From assembly GCA_965541515.1 (NCBI GenBank), contig CBEUCC010000003.1, positions 1 to 47,416 of the forward strand: 47,416 nt of DNA, given 5' to 3'. The position numbers and the translations under genes were made by a program. Positions 1-8,778 of the stretch are shown in pieces (position 1 is the stretch's first letter; the number at the start of each line of letters is the position of its first letter). The notes under the pieces were generated by a model. It was not told where the DNA came from. It was given only the letters and a program-made list of their open reading frames with translations, and made no database searches. The DNA is from an uncultured Thermoplasmata archaeon (GTDB lineage Archaea > Thermoplasmatota > DTKX01 > DATEUP01).

Positions 1-1
1 A

Positions 2-843
2 AACGTCTTCGCCGTTTGGAGTGAGTCGAACGGTTCGGGTGAGTCGGTCTGGGCCAACCGATATTCAATCGAATCCGGCTGGGGGAGCGCCAAGCCCCTG
101 GAGACCAATCTGTCCGGCTCGTCCACCGGCCCCGTGGTTGCCGTCGAACCCGACGGGAATGCCGTTGTGGTTTGGGAGCGCTTCGATGGGACCTCCACGG
201 CGATTTGGGGAAACCGGTATGTGCTCGGCGAGGGCTGGGGGTCGGCCACGCCCGTCGAGGCCTACAGTTCCTATGACTCCACCCGACCGACCGTTGCCGT
301 GGACTCGGGCGGAAACGCCTTCGTCCTGTGGTACGAGTGGGACGGAGCCAACTACAGCCTGTGGTCGAACCGCCGGGCTGCCGGTTCGGGCTGGCAGACT
401 CCCACGCTGATCGACCCGACCATCGGGCGTTTCGCTTTGGGGGCTACGCTCACCGTATCCCCAGGCGGCGACGGGATCGTCGTGTGGCGAACGTGGGCTG
501 GTGTACGCTTTGACCTTTGGGCACGCGTCTATGAGGCGAAGGATGGATGGCTTTCGGCCGAGATCATTGATCCGGGTGTGGGGAATCTCGACATGCCCTT
601 CGTGGCGGTAGACCAGGGCGGGAACGCCACGGTCGTGTGGAACCAGTACAACGCCAGTGTCCCGGACATCTATTCGAACCGGTACGTCGCGGGTTCGGGT
701 TGGGGGCAGGCCAAGGTCATCGATACACACGGCTGGAACGCCTGGGACCCCGTGCTGGCCGGTGACCGGTGGGGGAATGCGCTTGCCATCTGGCGGCACG
801 CGGCGGGGACGAAGTCCGAAGTCTGGGCCGCCTGGTTCAGCGT
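2..843 (+). repeat. Tandem ~52-aa protein repeats (about five full and one partial blade within the window)
   Basis: Units begin NVFAVW, NAVVVW, NAFVLW, DGIVVW, NATVVW and NALAIW. They are diverged at the nucleotide level. Confidence 0.75.
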
Positions 844-1858
844 GGAGGACACGCGGCCGCCGACGGTGAATGTGACGAACCCGAATGACGGCATGTACAC
901 GAACGAGTCGTCCGTCTGGGTTGTGGGCGTCACGGAGCCGGGGGCGGCACTATCCGTCAACGGGTTGGATGCACATGTGCAGACGGGCGGGCAATTCGCC
1001 CTGCTCGTTTCCCTCATCCCGAGACTCAATGTGATCCAGCTGACGGCCACCGACGCCGCAGGGAATTCGCAGATTGTCGTCGTGCACGTCATCTACGTAG
1101 ACCCGCTGCCGCCCCTTCTGGAACGGCTGAATGAGACCGAAGCGAACTTCTCGGCGGCCATGGCGGACCTGGCGGCTCTCGAGGCCACCGGAAACGCGAC
1201 GCGGCAGGACCTCGACCAGGCAAGAGCCCAGTGGGACGCTGCGCTGGGTGAACTGGAGGCAGCTCGCGCCGAGATTGCCGTCCTAAGTGGGCTCGTCAAC
1301 GAAACGTCGGACGATCTTCAACTGGCCAAGGCGCGGCTAGCCGTCGCGGAGCAGCAACTGCTAGATGCTCGGATCCGGATCGAGCTGCTGTCGGCCTCCA
1401 GCAACCAGACGGCGGCTGATCTACAGCAGGTCGCCGCTGACCTCGAAGCTGCCGAAGGCGGTTTGGAGGCGGCCGAGGCGGCGGCTGCCATTGCTGAGGC
1501 GAACATCCGGGATACCCAGCAGCAGGTCCACACCGCCAAGGCGGAGGCCGCTGGTGCGCAGGGAGCCGCGATGGTGGCCTTGCTCGTCGGCCTTGCGGGG
1601 CTCGTCGTGGGTGGGCTCGCGGTGGTCCTCTCCCGCCTCCCGAGTCGCGCTGGCGGGACCGGGCGATCGACTGGGGCCGGCCCGTCGCCCCGGGGGGAAG
1701 TTTCCGCTAGGGAGCCGCCTCCGTCACAGGAATCCAAGGGCCCGAAGGATCCGGACGCGACAAGCAAGCAGCTGGCGCCATGCCCAAAGTGCGGGAAGGA
1801 AGTCTCGATCGGGGCGAGTCAGTGTGCCGAATGCGGGCTGGAGTTGACGTGGGACTAG
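2..1858 (+). CDS. 5'-truncated membrane-anchored surface protein: Trp-rich ~52-aa beta-propeller repeats, Ig-like domain, coiled-coil stalk, TM helix, C-terminal zinc ribbon
   Basis: The frame is open from position 2 (NVFAVWSESNG...) into ORF 134..1858. It contains repeats of the form N-x-x-VVW...W-x-NRY...GW...P-x-VAVD-x-x-G, an Ig-like segment DTRPPTVNVTNP...ATDAAGN, an Ala/Glu/Leu-rich heptad region, a TM segment (AAMVALLVGLAGLVVGGLAVVL) and a terminal CPKCG...CAECG. Confidence 0.8.
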   Translation, partial: NVFAVWSESNGSGESVWANRYSIESGWGSAKPLETNLSGSSTGPVVAVEPDGNAVVVWERFDGTSTAIWGNRYVLGEGWGSATPVEAYSSYDSTRPTVAVDSGGNAFVLWYEWDGANYSLWSNRRAAGSGWQTPTLIDPTIGRFALGATLTVSPGGDGIVVWRTWAGVRFDLWARVYEAKDGWLSAEIIDPGVGNLDMPFVAVDQGGNATVVWNQYNASVPDIYSNRYVAGSGWGQAKVIDTHGWNAWDPVLAGDRWGNALAIWRHAAGTKSEVWAAWFSVEDTRPPTVNVTNPNDGMYTNESSVWVVGVTEPGAALSVNGLDAHVQTGGQFALLVSLIPRLNVIQLTATDAAGNSQIVVVHVIYVDPLPPLLERLNETEANFSAAMADLAALEATGNATRQDLDQARAQWDAALGELEAARAEIAVLSGLVNETSDDLQLAKARLAVAEQQLLDARIRIELLSASSNQTAADLQQVAADLEAAEGGLEAAEAAAAIAEANIRDTQQQVHTAKAEAAGAQGAAMVALLVGLAGLVVGGLAVVLSRLPSRAGGTGRSTGAGPSPRGEVSAREPPPSQESKGPKDPDATSKQLAPCPKCGKEVSIGASQCAECGLELTWD

Positions 1859-1887
1859 CGGGAGACGAGCGCCTCTCAGCTCCCACC

Positions 1888-3081
1888 CTACTTACCCGCC
1901 ACGATCTTCACGACGTCCCCCGCCTTCAGCGCGTGGTCAGCCCCCACCACCCGCCGCGCCCGCGCATCGACGGCCCGGATGAAGTGGTTCCCAAGGTCGG
2001 TGTGCACCTTGAATGCGAGGTCGCGAGCAGTGGCCCCCAGGGGGACGAGGTAGGCATCGGGCAAGACGTTCCCTTTCTTGTCCGTCCACTTTCCCTCGTC
2101 CTCGACCGGGTAGACGGGGATGAGATTCAGCCGCTCGAAGACCGCGTGCTCGAGCACGCGTTGGACGCCCGTCGTCCCCCACGCCTCCAGGAACGCGTGG
2201 ATCTTGTCGAGACCGGACTTTTGCGGGGCGCTTAGCACTCCGGGCTTCAGCACTTCAAAGGACGAACCGCCAAGCGCGTAGCGCACGACCCCCGCCTTGT
2301 CCGCCTTGCGAAGCGCGAGCTCTATCTCGGCGGAGGTGGGGAAGACCTCGCCGCCCGCAGCGTCCGTGAGGCTGTCGACCGCCGCCTTGTCGGCCAAGTC
2401 ACACTTGTTGGCTGCGATGAGGATGGGCTTCCCGATGCGCTGGAGGATGCTTGCCAGTGCCAGGAAATCGTCGGACGACCAACCCGTCGCCTTCTCCGGT
2501 GGCGGGTGCTCGCGGAGCGCCGCCACGACCTGCGCGCGCGATATCCCGAGGCCCGCCACGCGCTCGGCGAGGATTTCCTCGAACGAGCGGTCCTCCTGCT
2601 CGACCCTGCGTGAGAACCGCACCCACCCCTTCTGCAGGATCCCGGCCATCCATTGGTGCACCTCCTCTTCGAGGAACGCGAGGTCCTGCGCCGGGTCGTG
2701 GGCGCCGGGCGCCACCGGCTGTCCGTCCGCGTCGGTCGTCCCGGCCGCGTCCACCACGTGGATCAGGACGGCAGCCTGCCGCAGGTCGTCCAGGAACTGG
2801 TTGCCCTGACCGCGGCCCTGGTGCGCTCCCTTCACGAGCCCCGCCACATCGATGAGCTCCACGGGGATGAGCCGCGTGCCGCCCTCGCAGGCCGAGTTCT
2901 TCGGGTTGCAGGCGGCCCCCAAGTCCGTGTGCGGGCAAGGCGCGCGCACATACGCGACGCCGCGGTTGGCTTTGATCGTCGTGAACGGAAAGTTCGCGAT
3001 CTGCACGTTCTTGAGGGTGGCCCCGGCGTAAAACGTGGACTTGCCGACATTGGGCTTTCCCACAACGCCGGCTTCCATCAT
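1888..3081 (-). CDS. ychF: Archaeal redox-regulated Obg-like ATPase YchF (TGS domain at the C-terminus)
   Basis: GKPNVGKST P-loop, ANFPFTTI switch I, DVAGLVKGAHQGRGQGNQFLDDLRQA, NKCD, and C-terminal ARDLAFKVHTDL...GDVVKIV (TGS). Confidence 0.93.
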   Translation of the reverse strand: MMEAGVVGKPNVGKSTFYAGATLKNVQIANFPFTTIKANRGVAYVRAPCPHTDLGAACNPKNSACEGGTRLIPVELIDVAGLVKGAHQGRGQGNQFLDDLRQAAVLIHVVDAAGTTDADGQPVAPGAHDPAQDLAFLEEEVHQWMAGILQKGWVRFSRRVEQEDRSFEEILAERVAGLGISRAQVVAALREHPPPEKATGWSSDDFLALASILQRIGKPILIAANKCDLADKAAVDSLTDAAGGEVFPTSAEIELALRKADKAGVVRYALGGSSFEVLKPGVLSAPQKSGLDKIHAFLEAWGTTGVQRVLEHAVFERLNLIPVYPVEDEGKWTDKKGNVLPDAYLVPLGATARDLAFKVHTDLGNHFIRAVDARARRVVGADHALKAGDVVKIVAGK

Positions 3082-3135
3082 GGCCCCCCGCCGACCGGGC
3101 GGGCGGGAGAAATATCCTTCGACGGTGCGGGCGCT

Positions 3136-6100
3136 TCAGATCTTGTTGAGGCCGCCGGGCCCCTTGCCCAGGCGCCGCTCCTGGATCTCCTCGGCCTCCT
3201 CCTCCTCCTTCTTTGACGACTCCGCGTCACGCTCGACACGCCGGCCCCGCATCCCAAGCCCGACGAGCGCCAGGATCCCGACGATGATCCCCATCGCGAT
3301 GAGTGTGCCCGGCTGCGCGAGGATGTCGGGGGCCTGCTGCGGCTCGACCAGCACGTCCCGGGACGCCACGTTATTCGTGAACTGGGACTCGTAGACGTTG
3401 GAGTCCGCCGAGAGCGGGTTCACCTCGATCGTGAGGCTCGCGGTGCCCTGGACGCGGGGCGTCCATTCGAAGGTGACTGTGCGCTCCGCCCCGACCGCCA
3501 GCGAGGTCACGGTCTCCTCGCCGAACTGCTGTCCCTCGACCTTGAACACGACCACCACGGGGCCGGTGAGCTCGGTCGTCCCCACGTTGCGCACGACGGC
3601 GCTCACCTGGACGGCGATCTCGACCATCGGCGTGCCTGACAGCGTCAGGTCTGCCGCGCTGAGGTCATGGATCTGTCCGATATCCGCGTGCACGACGAAG
3701 ACCTGGGTCGCCGCGCCGCCTTCGGAGGAGACGCTCAGGTCCACCGCGAACGAGGAACGGTCGACCGCGCGCGGGGCTGCGATCGAGATGCGCACGGTCG
3801 CGTTCGCACCGGCCACGACATAGAAGTTCTCGGTCGGAATGCCCTGCAAGTCCAGCACGCCGACGGTAAAGCCGCCGCCCGGGTCTGCGGCCGACACCGC
3901 GTAGGTGTCAGGCACCGTGCCGCGGTTCGTGATGGTAAGGTTGGTCGTCCGTGTGGTGCCGGGCTTCACGATGACGGAGGGCGCCCCGTTCAGGCTGAAC
4001 GAGTAGAAGATCGCCGTCACGTTCAGGGTTACAGTCCACGTCGCCGTGGTGCTCGGGTCCGCGTCGCTCGTCACGGTCACGTTGATCGGGTACTGCCCCG
4101 TCGCCGCGCTCCCCACCGCGATCCGCAACTCCGTCGTGCCGGTGGCGCCGGGGGCGAGCGTGTGGGTGGCCGGCGTGAACTGCACGACGGCGCCGCTTGC
4201 GTCCGTATCCGTGTAGGTGAGCGTGACCGTCTCGTCCCCGTTGCCGCGGTTCTCGACCGTGACATTCACATACGCGTTGTCGCCCGTCCCCGACCAGACA
4301 TCGATGGAGGGCAGGCCCGTGATGAGCAGCGACCGGACGGTGCCTGCGGTCGTGTTGAACACGAGCGAGCGGGTGCGCGCCGGGTCGGCAACGGCCGTGG
4401 CGTTCAGCCAGGTAACGCCCGCATCGCCGCGGGCGGCGGTAGAGGGGACGGTCACTTCCAGCGTGATGTTGGCCGTGGCGTTGGGCTCCAGGAGGAGCGC
4501 CGTGATGCTCACGTTCGTCTCGTTGAGCACCCGGGTGGGCCAGGCCCCCGACGCCGAGAAGATGACCGAGTTGTTGTTGGGGCCCCGGTTGACGACCTCG
4601 ACCGAGTAGCGGGCCGGCGCGCCCGGCGCCGCGCTCTCGTTTTGGGAGGGCGGCGGGAGCATGAGGAAGTCGAAGGGCGACGGCAGGCCCAGCGTGATGT
4701 TGGCCGTGACGGACACGTCCTCCGAGTAGGCGCACAACGGCGGCACGGCGTAGCCGATGTCCAGCCCGTCGGTGGCGGTGATGTTCATGAGGTCCCCGTC
4801 GCGGTACAGGGTGGTTGAGAGGGACGTCTGGTAGAACCCGTCAACATCCGTGGTCAGGGAGACGTTTGTCCCGCGCGCGGCGACAACCACGGACACGTCC
4901 GCAAACGCCGCCGGCGTGGTGCCGCTGAGCACCCGCCCATTCACCACGAGCGGCCCGATCGGGAGCGTGTCCTTGACCGCGACCTGCTCGGTCCGGTCGT
5001 TGTTGAGCTCGTTGACCTCGGACCAGATGTTGTTCGGGTCCGACTCGGCCGTCACCATCGATGTGCCCGCGGAGGGGAACGTCGTGTTGAGGTAGACGTA
5101 GCCGGGGCCTGAAGCCGGGACCGCGCCCGTCACGACGTTTAGGGCGCCGTCGACCCACAGGTTCACGCGAATGTTGGAGATAGGCGCGTTGCCGGCGGCG
5201 TTTGCAAGGCTCACGACAATCATCGAAGTCTCGCCCGCGATGAGCCGCGGCGTGCCCGTGGAGGCCTCGCCGCTACACCCACGGAAGAACTGGATGTCCG
5301 TTACCACGATGTCCGGGATCACGACCGCCGTCGTGGTCAGGGCCGTGTCGTTTTTGGACGTGTCGCCCCTCGAGCGAACAGTGAGTGACACTTCTGCGGA
5401 CTCGCCCTGGGTGGCGTTCGGGGGCGCGAACACGAGGAGGAAGACCGTCGTGGATTGGCCCGGCGGCAGCGTGAGGCTGTCCCGGCTCTTGAGGGCCGTC
5501 CAGCCGGGCGGCGGCGTGCTGTTCGAGAAGTCGAGCGTGTCGTTCGAGTTGCCCGAGTTGAAGATGCTGAAGCTGTAGGCGAGCTGGTCGCCCGCCGCGA
5601 CGGTGCCGTTGGCCGTCGGGGGGAAGATCGCAACCCCGTACTGCCCGCCGATGACTATAGTGAACGTCATGTTCGTTCGGCTTCGCGCGTCGACGGCCGA
5701 CACGCCCTCCACCGTGATGTCGTAATCACCCTGCGACGAGAGCGAGGAGGTCGTCACCGAGAAGAACGAGGTGTTTGTGTCGCCGGGCGAGCCCTTCGCC
5801 GCGAGCGTCAGGTTGGCCGGCGAGAACGAGGCGCCCCAACCCGTGGGCAGCGGCCCGTGGCTGAGGTTGACCGTGTTGGCGTTGGCCGCCTCCGAGTCCA
5901 GATTGAGGATGAAGACATAGGAGAAGCCGGGCTGGACGACCGTCGCGTTGACGGGCGACGAGAACGTAAACCCGTAGAGCGAACTCACGTTGACCGACGT
6001 GCACGCGGTATTGTCCGACTCGTTCATCTCCACGATCGAGTTGTTCCAGTCGACCTCCGCGCACAGCGACCGGTTGCCGCCCTGCGTGAAATTGACCTGC

Positions 6101-7827
6101 AGCTGCACGAGGCTCGAGAAGCCGGCGATGATCGACGGGACGTTCGTCTCGTTGAGGACCGCGCCCCCGTCCGTCAGGCGCACCGACACGTTGGGCGCGA
6201 AGATATTGCCGTCGTTGTGGACCGTGACGGCCACGGTGACGGACTCGAACTGCTCGGGCGCAGGCGGGGTGACGCTGATGTCGTCGGGCTCCACGTGCAG
6301 GTCGGGCAGCGCGTAGGAGACGACGGCGCCGTTTGCGACGATGTCCAGGAAGCCGTCGGCGTCGATGTCGGCGACCGCCGGCGCCGAGTACTCGGTCGGT
6401 GTCACCTGGTTGAGGAGGTTCGTGCGCAGGATGCGCGAGCCATTGGCGCCGGAGAGCACCTCCGTCCAGCCGTCCGTGAGCAGGACGACGACGTCCAACA
6501 CGCCGTCCCCATTGAAGTCCGCGAGCGCCGGCGGGGCCAGCGTGTGCTCGCGGTCGGGCGCCGGGAGCTCGTCGATCGTCGTGTTCCAACGGCGGCTGCC
6601 GTTCCCGTCGAACAGCTCGACAAACGCCATCGCGTTCTGCGCGAGCGGCCGGCCGGGCTCGTAGGAGAGCGTCACGACCTCGTCCCGGCCGTCGCCGTCG
6701 ATGTCCGTGACCGAGGGCGCCGCGCCGGTCATCCCCTGGAGGGAGATGTTCACGGACTCAACGGCCGTGGCGTTGTTCAAGACACGTAGCCGCGAAACGG
6801 AATCCTCGTAGGGGCTGACGACCGCGACGTCGTCCCGCGGGCCGGCGCCGTCGAGGTTACCCGCCGCCGGGGAAGGGAATTGCACGTCGAGCGACTTGAT
6901 GAGCGCGATGTCGTAGGTCTGGGGGAACGTCAGGGTCCACTGCGGGTTGAGGTTGCTGTCGAACGCCGAGACCGTGTAGTTTGCCGCCACCGTCGTGAAG
7001 TTCGCGCCCGTGAGGTTGTACGAGGCCACGAGCACGCGCCAGACACCCGACACGCGGAACGCCGTGGGGGCCGAGACGATGTACCCCTGGACCGTGCGGT
7101 TGGCAAGCTCCACGCCGGTCTGCCCGTTGATGAGGTAGAGCCGGTCGCCGGCGGGCGCGAGCACCTCGGGAAGGCCGTCGTTGGCCAGGTCGACGACGAT
7201 GGGCGTGGACGCGTTGTTGTTCGTCGTCTGGTCGCCGACGAGGCTAATGTTCCACAGCTGCTGCTCGGCGACCGCCGTGGCGTTGACGAGCGGGAAGTTG
7301 TACGACACCCCGTTCCACGTGATGTTGGGCGCAAGCGCCTCGAGGAGGCCCACGTCCGACCGGACGACCACGTCCAGCTTGGCGTCGCCGTCTAGGTCCG
7401 CAAGGACGGGGGTCGCGAACATGCCGCCCGTGACGGGGTAGCTCCACATCGGCGTCCCGTCGTTGCCGGCCACGACGCGCACCACCAGGCCTTGCGCGAA
7501 AGCGACCCCCAGGACCTCGGGCGGCGCGGAGGCGTTGTCGAGCACGACGCGCGACGAGAAGTTGGCCAGTGTCGTGCCGCCCGAGCTGATGGCCCCCTGC
7601 TGCCACTTGACGGCGGCGTTGGGGAAACCCCGGCCCTCGCCGTCAAAGGAGAAGTTGTGGCCCGGCGTGACGGCGAACTGGGGCCACACGCCGTGGCCGG
7701 CCGGCAGCGCCGCGGGCTGGGGGGCCGGCCCGGGCGCACTGGCCAGGGCGGCGACCGGGAGCATAGAGAGGACGACAAGGACGGCCACCGCGGCCGCCTG
7801 CGCCTGTTTCCGTGCGCCGCTTGCCAT
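3136..7827 (-). CDS. Large (~1560 aa) cell-surface protein: FG-GAP/VCBS propeller, CARDB and NEW3-type Ig domains, C-terminal TM
   Basis: Signal peptide from ATG 7827 (MASGARKQAQAAAVAVLVVLSMLPVAALA). About six DxDGDG-like repeats (ADLDGDAKLD, TDIDGDGRDE, ADFNGDGVLD, ADIDADGFLD) and three CARDB-like ends (EMNESDN, EVNELNN, ESQFTNN), followed by a TM and a charged tail. The start was moved from the ORF-track position 7890. Confidence 0.85.
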   Translation of the reverse strand: MASGARKQAQAAAVAVLVVLSMLPVAALASAPGPAPQPAALPAGHGVWPQFAVTPGHNFSFDGEGRGFPNAAVKWQQGAISSGGTTLANFSSRVVLDNASAPPEVLGVAFAQGLVVRVVAGNDGTPMWSYPVTGGMFATPVLADLDGDAKLDVVVRSDVGLLEALAPNITWNGVSYNFPLVNATAVAEQQLWNISLVGDQTTNNNASTPIVVDLANDGLPEVLAPAGDRLYLINGQTGVELANRTVQGYIVSAPTAFRVSGVWRVLVASYNLTGANFTTVAANYTVSAFDSNLNPQWTLTFPQTYDIALIKSLDVQFPSPAAGNLDGAGPRDDVAVVSPYEDSVSRLRVLNNATAVESVNISLQGMTGAAPSVTDIDGDGRDEVVTLSYEPGRPLAQNAMAFVELFDGNGSRRWNTTIDELPAPDREHTLAPPALADFNGDGVLDVVVLLTDGWTEVLSGANGSRILRTNLLNQVTPTEYSAPAVADIDADGFLDIVANGAVVSYALPDLHVEPDDISVTPPAPEQFESVTVAVTVHNDGNIFAPNVSVRLTDGGAVLNETNVPSIIAGFSSLVQLQVNFTQGGNRSLCAEVDWNNSIVEMNESDNTACTSVNVSSLYGFTFSSPVNATVVQPGFSYVFILNLDSEAANANTVNLSHGPLPTGWGASFSPANLTLAAKGSPGDTNTSFFSVTTSSLSSQGDYDITVEGVSAVDARSRTNMTFTIVIGGQYGVAIFPPTANGTVAAGDQLAYSFSIFNSGNSNDTLDFSNSTPPPGWTALKSRDSLTLPPGQSTTVFLLVFAPPNATQGESAEVSLTVRSRGDTSKNDTALTTTAVVIPDIVVTDIQFFRGCSGEASTGTPRLIAGETSMIVVSLANAAGNAPISNIRVNLWVDGALNVVTGAVPASGPGYVYLNTTFPSAGTSMVTAESDPNNIWSEVNELNNDRTEQVAVKDTLPIGPLVVNGRVLSGTTPAAFADVSVVVAARGTNVSLTTDVDGFYQTSLSTTLYRDGDLMNITATDGLDIGYAVPPLCAYSEDVSVTANITLGLPSPFDFLMLPPPSQNESAAPGAPARYSVEVVNRGPNNNSVIFSASGAWPTRVLNETNVSITALLLEPNATANITLEVTVPSTAARGDAGVTWLNATAVADPARTRSLVFNTTAGTVRSLLITGLPSIDVWSGTGDNAYVNVTVENRGNGDETVTLTYTDTDASGAVVQFTPATHTLAPGATGTTELRIAVGSAATGQYPINVTVTSDADPSTTATWTVTLNVTAIFYSFSLNGAPSVIVKPGTTRTTNLTITNRGTVPDTYAVSAADPGGGFTVGVLDLQGIPTENFYVVAGANATVRISIAAPRAVDRSSFAVDLSVSSEGGAATQVFVVHADIGQIHDLSAADLTLSGTPMVEIAVQVSAVVRNVGTTELTGPVVVVFKVEGQQFGEETVTSLAVGAERTVTFEWTPRVQGTASLTIEVNPLSADSNVYESQFTNNVASRDVLVEPQQAPDILAQPGTLIAMGIIVGILALVGLGMRGRRVERDAESSKKEEEEAEEIQERRLGKGPGGLNKI

Positions 7828-7966
7828 GGGCCGCCTCCAACACCGATGCTGGCGACGCTTCAAGGTGGGTGGGCCGTATTTAACACTCATTCCGAAGGGA
7901 ACCTGTTATGGGAACCCGGGCGCGCGCGCCGCCCGCCGACGCCTCGCCGGCCGCGCCTGGCCATCC

Positions 7967-7973
7967 TTTTATA
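7967..7973 (+). promoter_or_regulatory. TATA box (TTTTATA) of a probably leaderless small zinc-finger gene
   Basis: AT-rich box in a GC-rich context, 22 nt before ATG 7996. Confidence 0.6.
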
Positions 7974-7995
7974 CGCCGCGCTGGATTCGGCCGCC

Positions 7996-8220
7996 ATGCG
8001 TGTCGTCTACGTCCCGACGATCAAGTGCAAGGGCTGCGGCAACGAGATCAAGTTCCGCTCGACGCCCCACCCGCCCGAGCACCTGCACTTGCGGACCACG
8101 TCCTTTGTGACCGTCTGCCCCGACCCACGCTGCAAGCGGCTGACGACGGCCGACCCCGGTGAGGTCGAGTGGCGCAAGCGTGACCTCGACGACGAGGCCG
8201 AGGAACGCCTGCCGTTCTAG
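7996..8220 (+). CDS. Small (74 aa) zinc-ribbon protein (CKGC...CPDPRC)
   Basis: This is the 3' part of ORF 7492..8220 from ATG 7996: MRVVYVPTIKCKGCGNEIKF...VCPDPRCKRL...ERLPF. It has host-like codon usage and an upstream TATA box. Confidence 0.7.
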   Translation: MRVVYVPTIKCKGCGNEIKFRSTPHPPEHLHLRTTSFVTVCPDPRCKRLTTADPGEVEWRKRDLDDEAEERLPF

Positions 8221-8285
8221 GGGCCGGCTGCCCCCCGGGCGGCCAACCCTCAAATCCGATCAGCCGTCTCCCGCCGCCACGGACT

Positions 8286-8291
8286 GGAGGT
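8286..8291 (+). promoter_or_regulatory. Shine-Dalgarno GGAGGT for purE
   Basis: Lies 7 nt upstream of the in-frame CTG at 8299. Confidence 0.6.
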
Positions 8292-8298
8292 AGGCCCC

Positions 8299-8778
8299 CT
8301 GAGCGTCCTTATCATCCTCGGCTCCAAGTCCGACATTGACATAGCCAACAAGGCCTGCGACACGCTCGAGGAGTTTGGCCTCCACTATGAGTTGCGGGTG
8401 TGCTCGGCCCACCGCACGCCCCGCGCGCTCGTGAAGCTGGTAGAGGGGAGCGACGCCGATGTCTTCATCGCCGTCGCAGGCCTTGCGGCCGCGCTGCCGG
8501 GCGTCGTGGCCGCCCACACGGTCAAGCCTGTCATCGGCCTGCCCGTGGGCGGGAAGGTGCCGTTCGACTCGCTCCTGTCGACGGTGCAGATGCCACCCGG
8601 CGTCCCCGTCGCGAGCGTCGGCGTCGACCGCGGGGAGAACGCCGCGCTGCTCGCGGTCGCGATCCTGGCGCTCAAGGACCCGTCGCTGGCGCCTAAGCTC
8701 GAGGCGCACCGGAAGGCGCTCGAGGAGAAGACGGAGGCCGGCGACCGCGAGGTCACGCGCAAGGGCCCCCAATCATGA
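8299..8778 (+). CDS. purE: N5-CAIR mutase / phosphoribosylaminoimidazole carboxylase catalytic subunit PurE (probable CTG start)
   Basis: The conserved N-terminus VLIILGSKSD lies upstream of the ORF-track start (8392). Also SAHRTP, IAVAGLAAALPGVVAA, LLSTVQMPPGVPVASVG and NAALLA. Confidence 0.92.
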   Translation: MSVLIILGSKSDIDIANKACDTLEEFGLHYELRVCSAHRTPRALVKLVEGSDADVFIAVAGLAAALPGVVAAHTVKPVIGLPVGGKVPFDSLLSTVQMPPGVPVASVGVDRGENAALLAVAILALKDPSLAPKLEAHRKALEEKTEAGDREVTRKGPQS

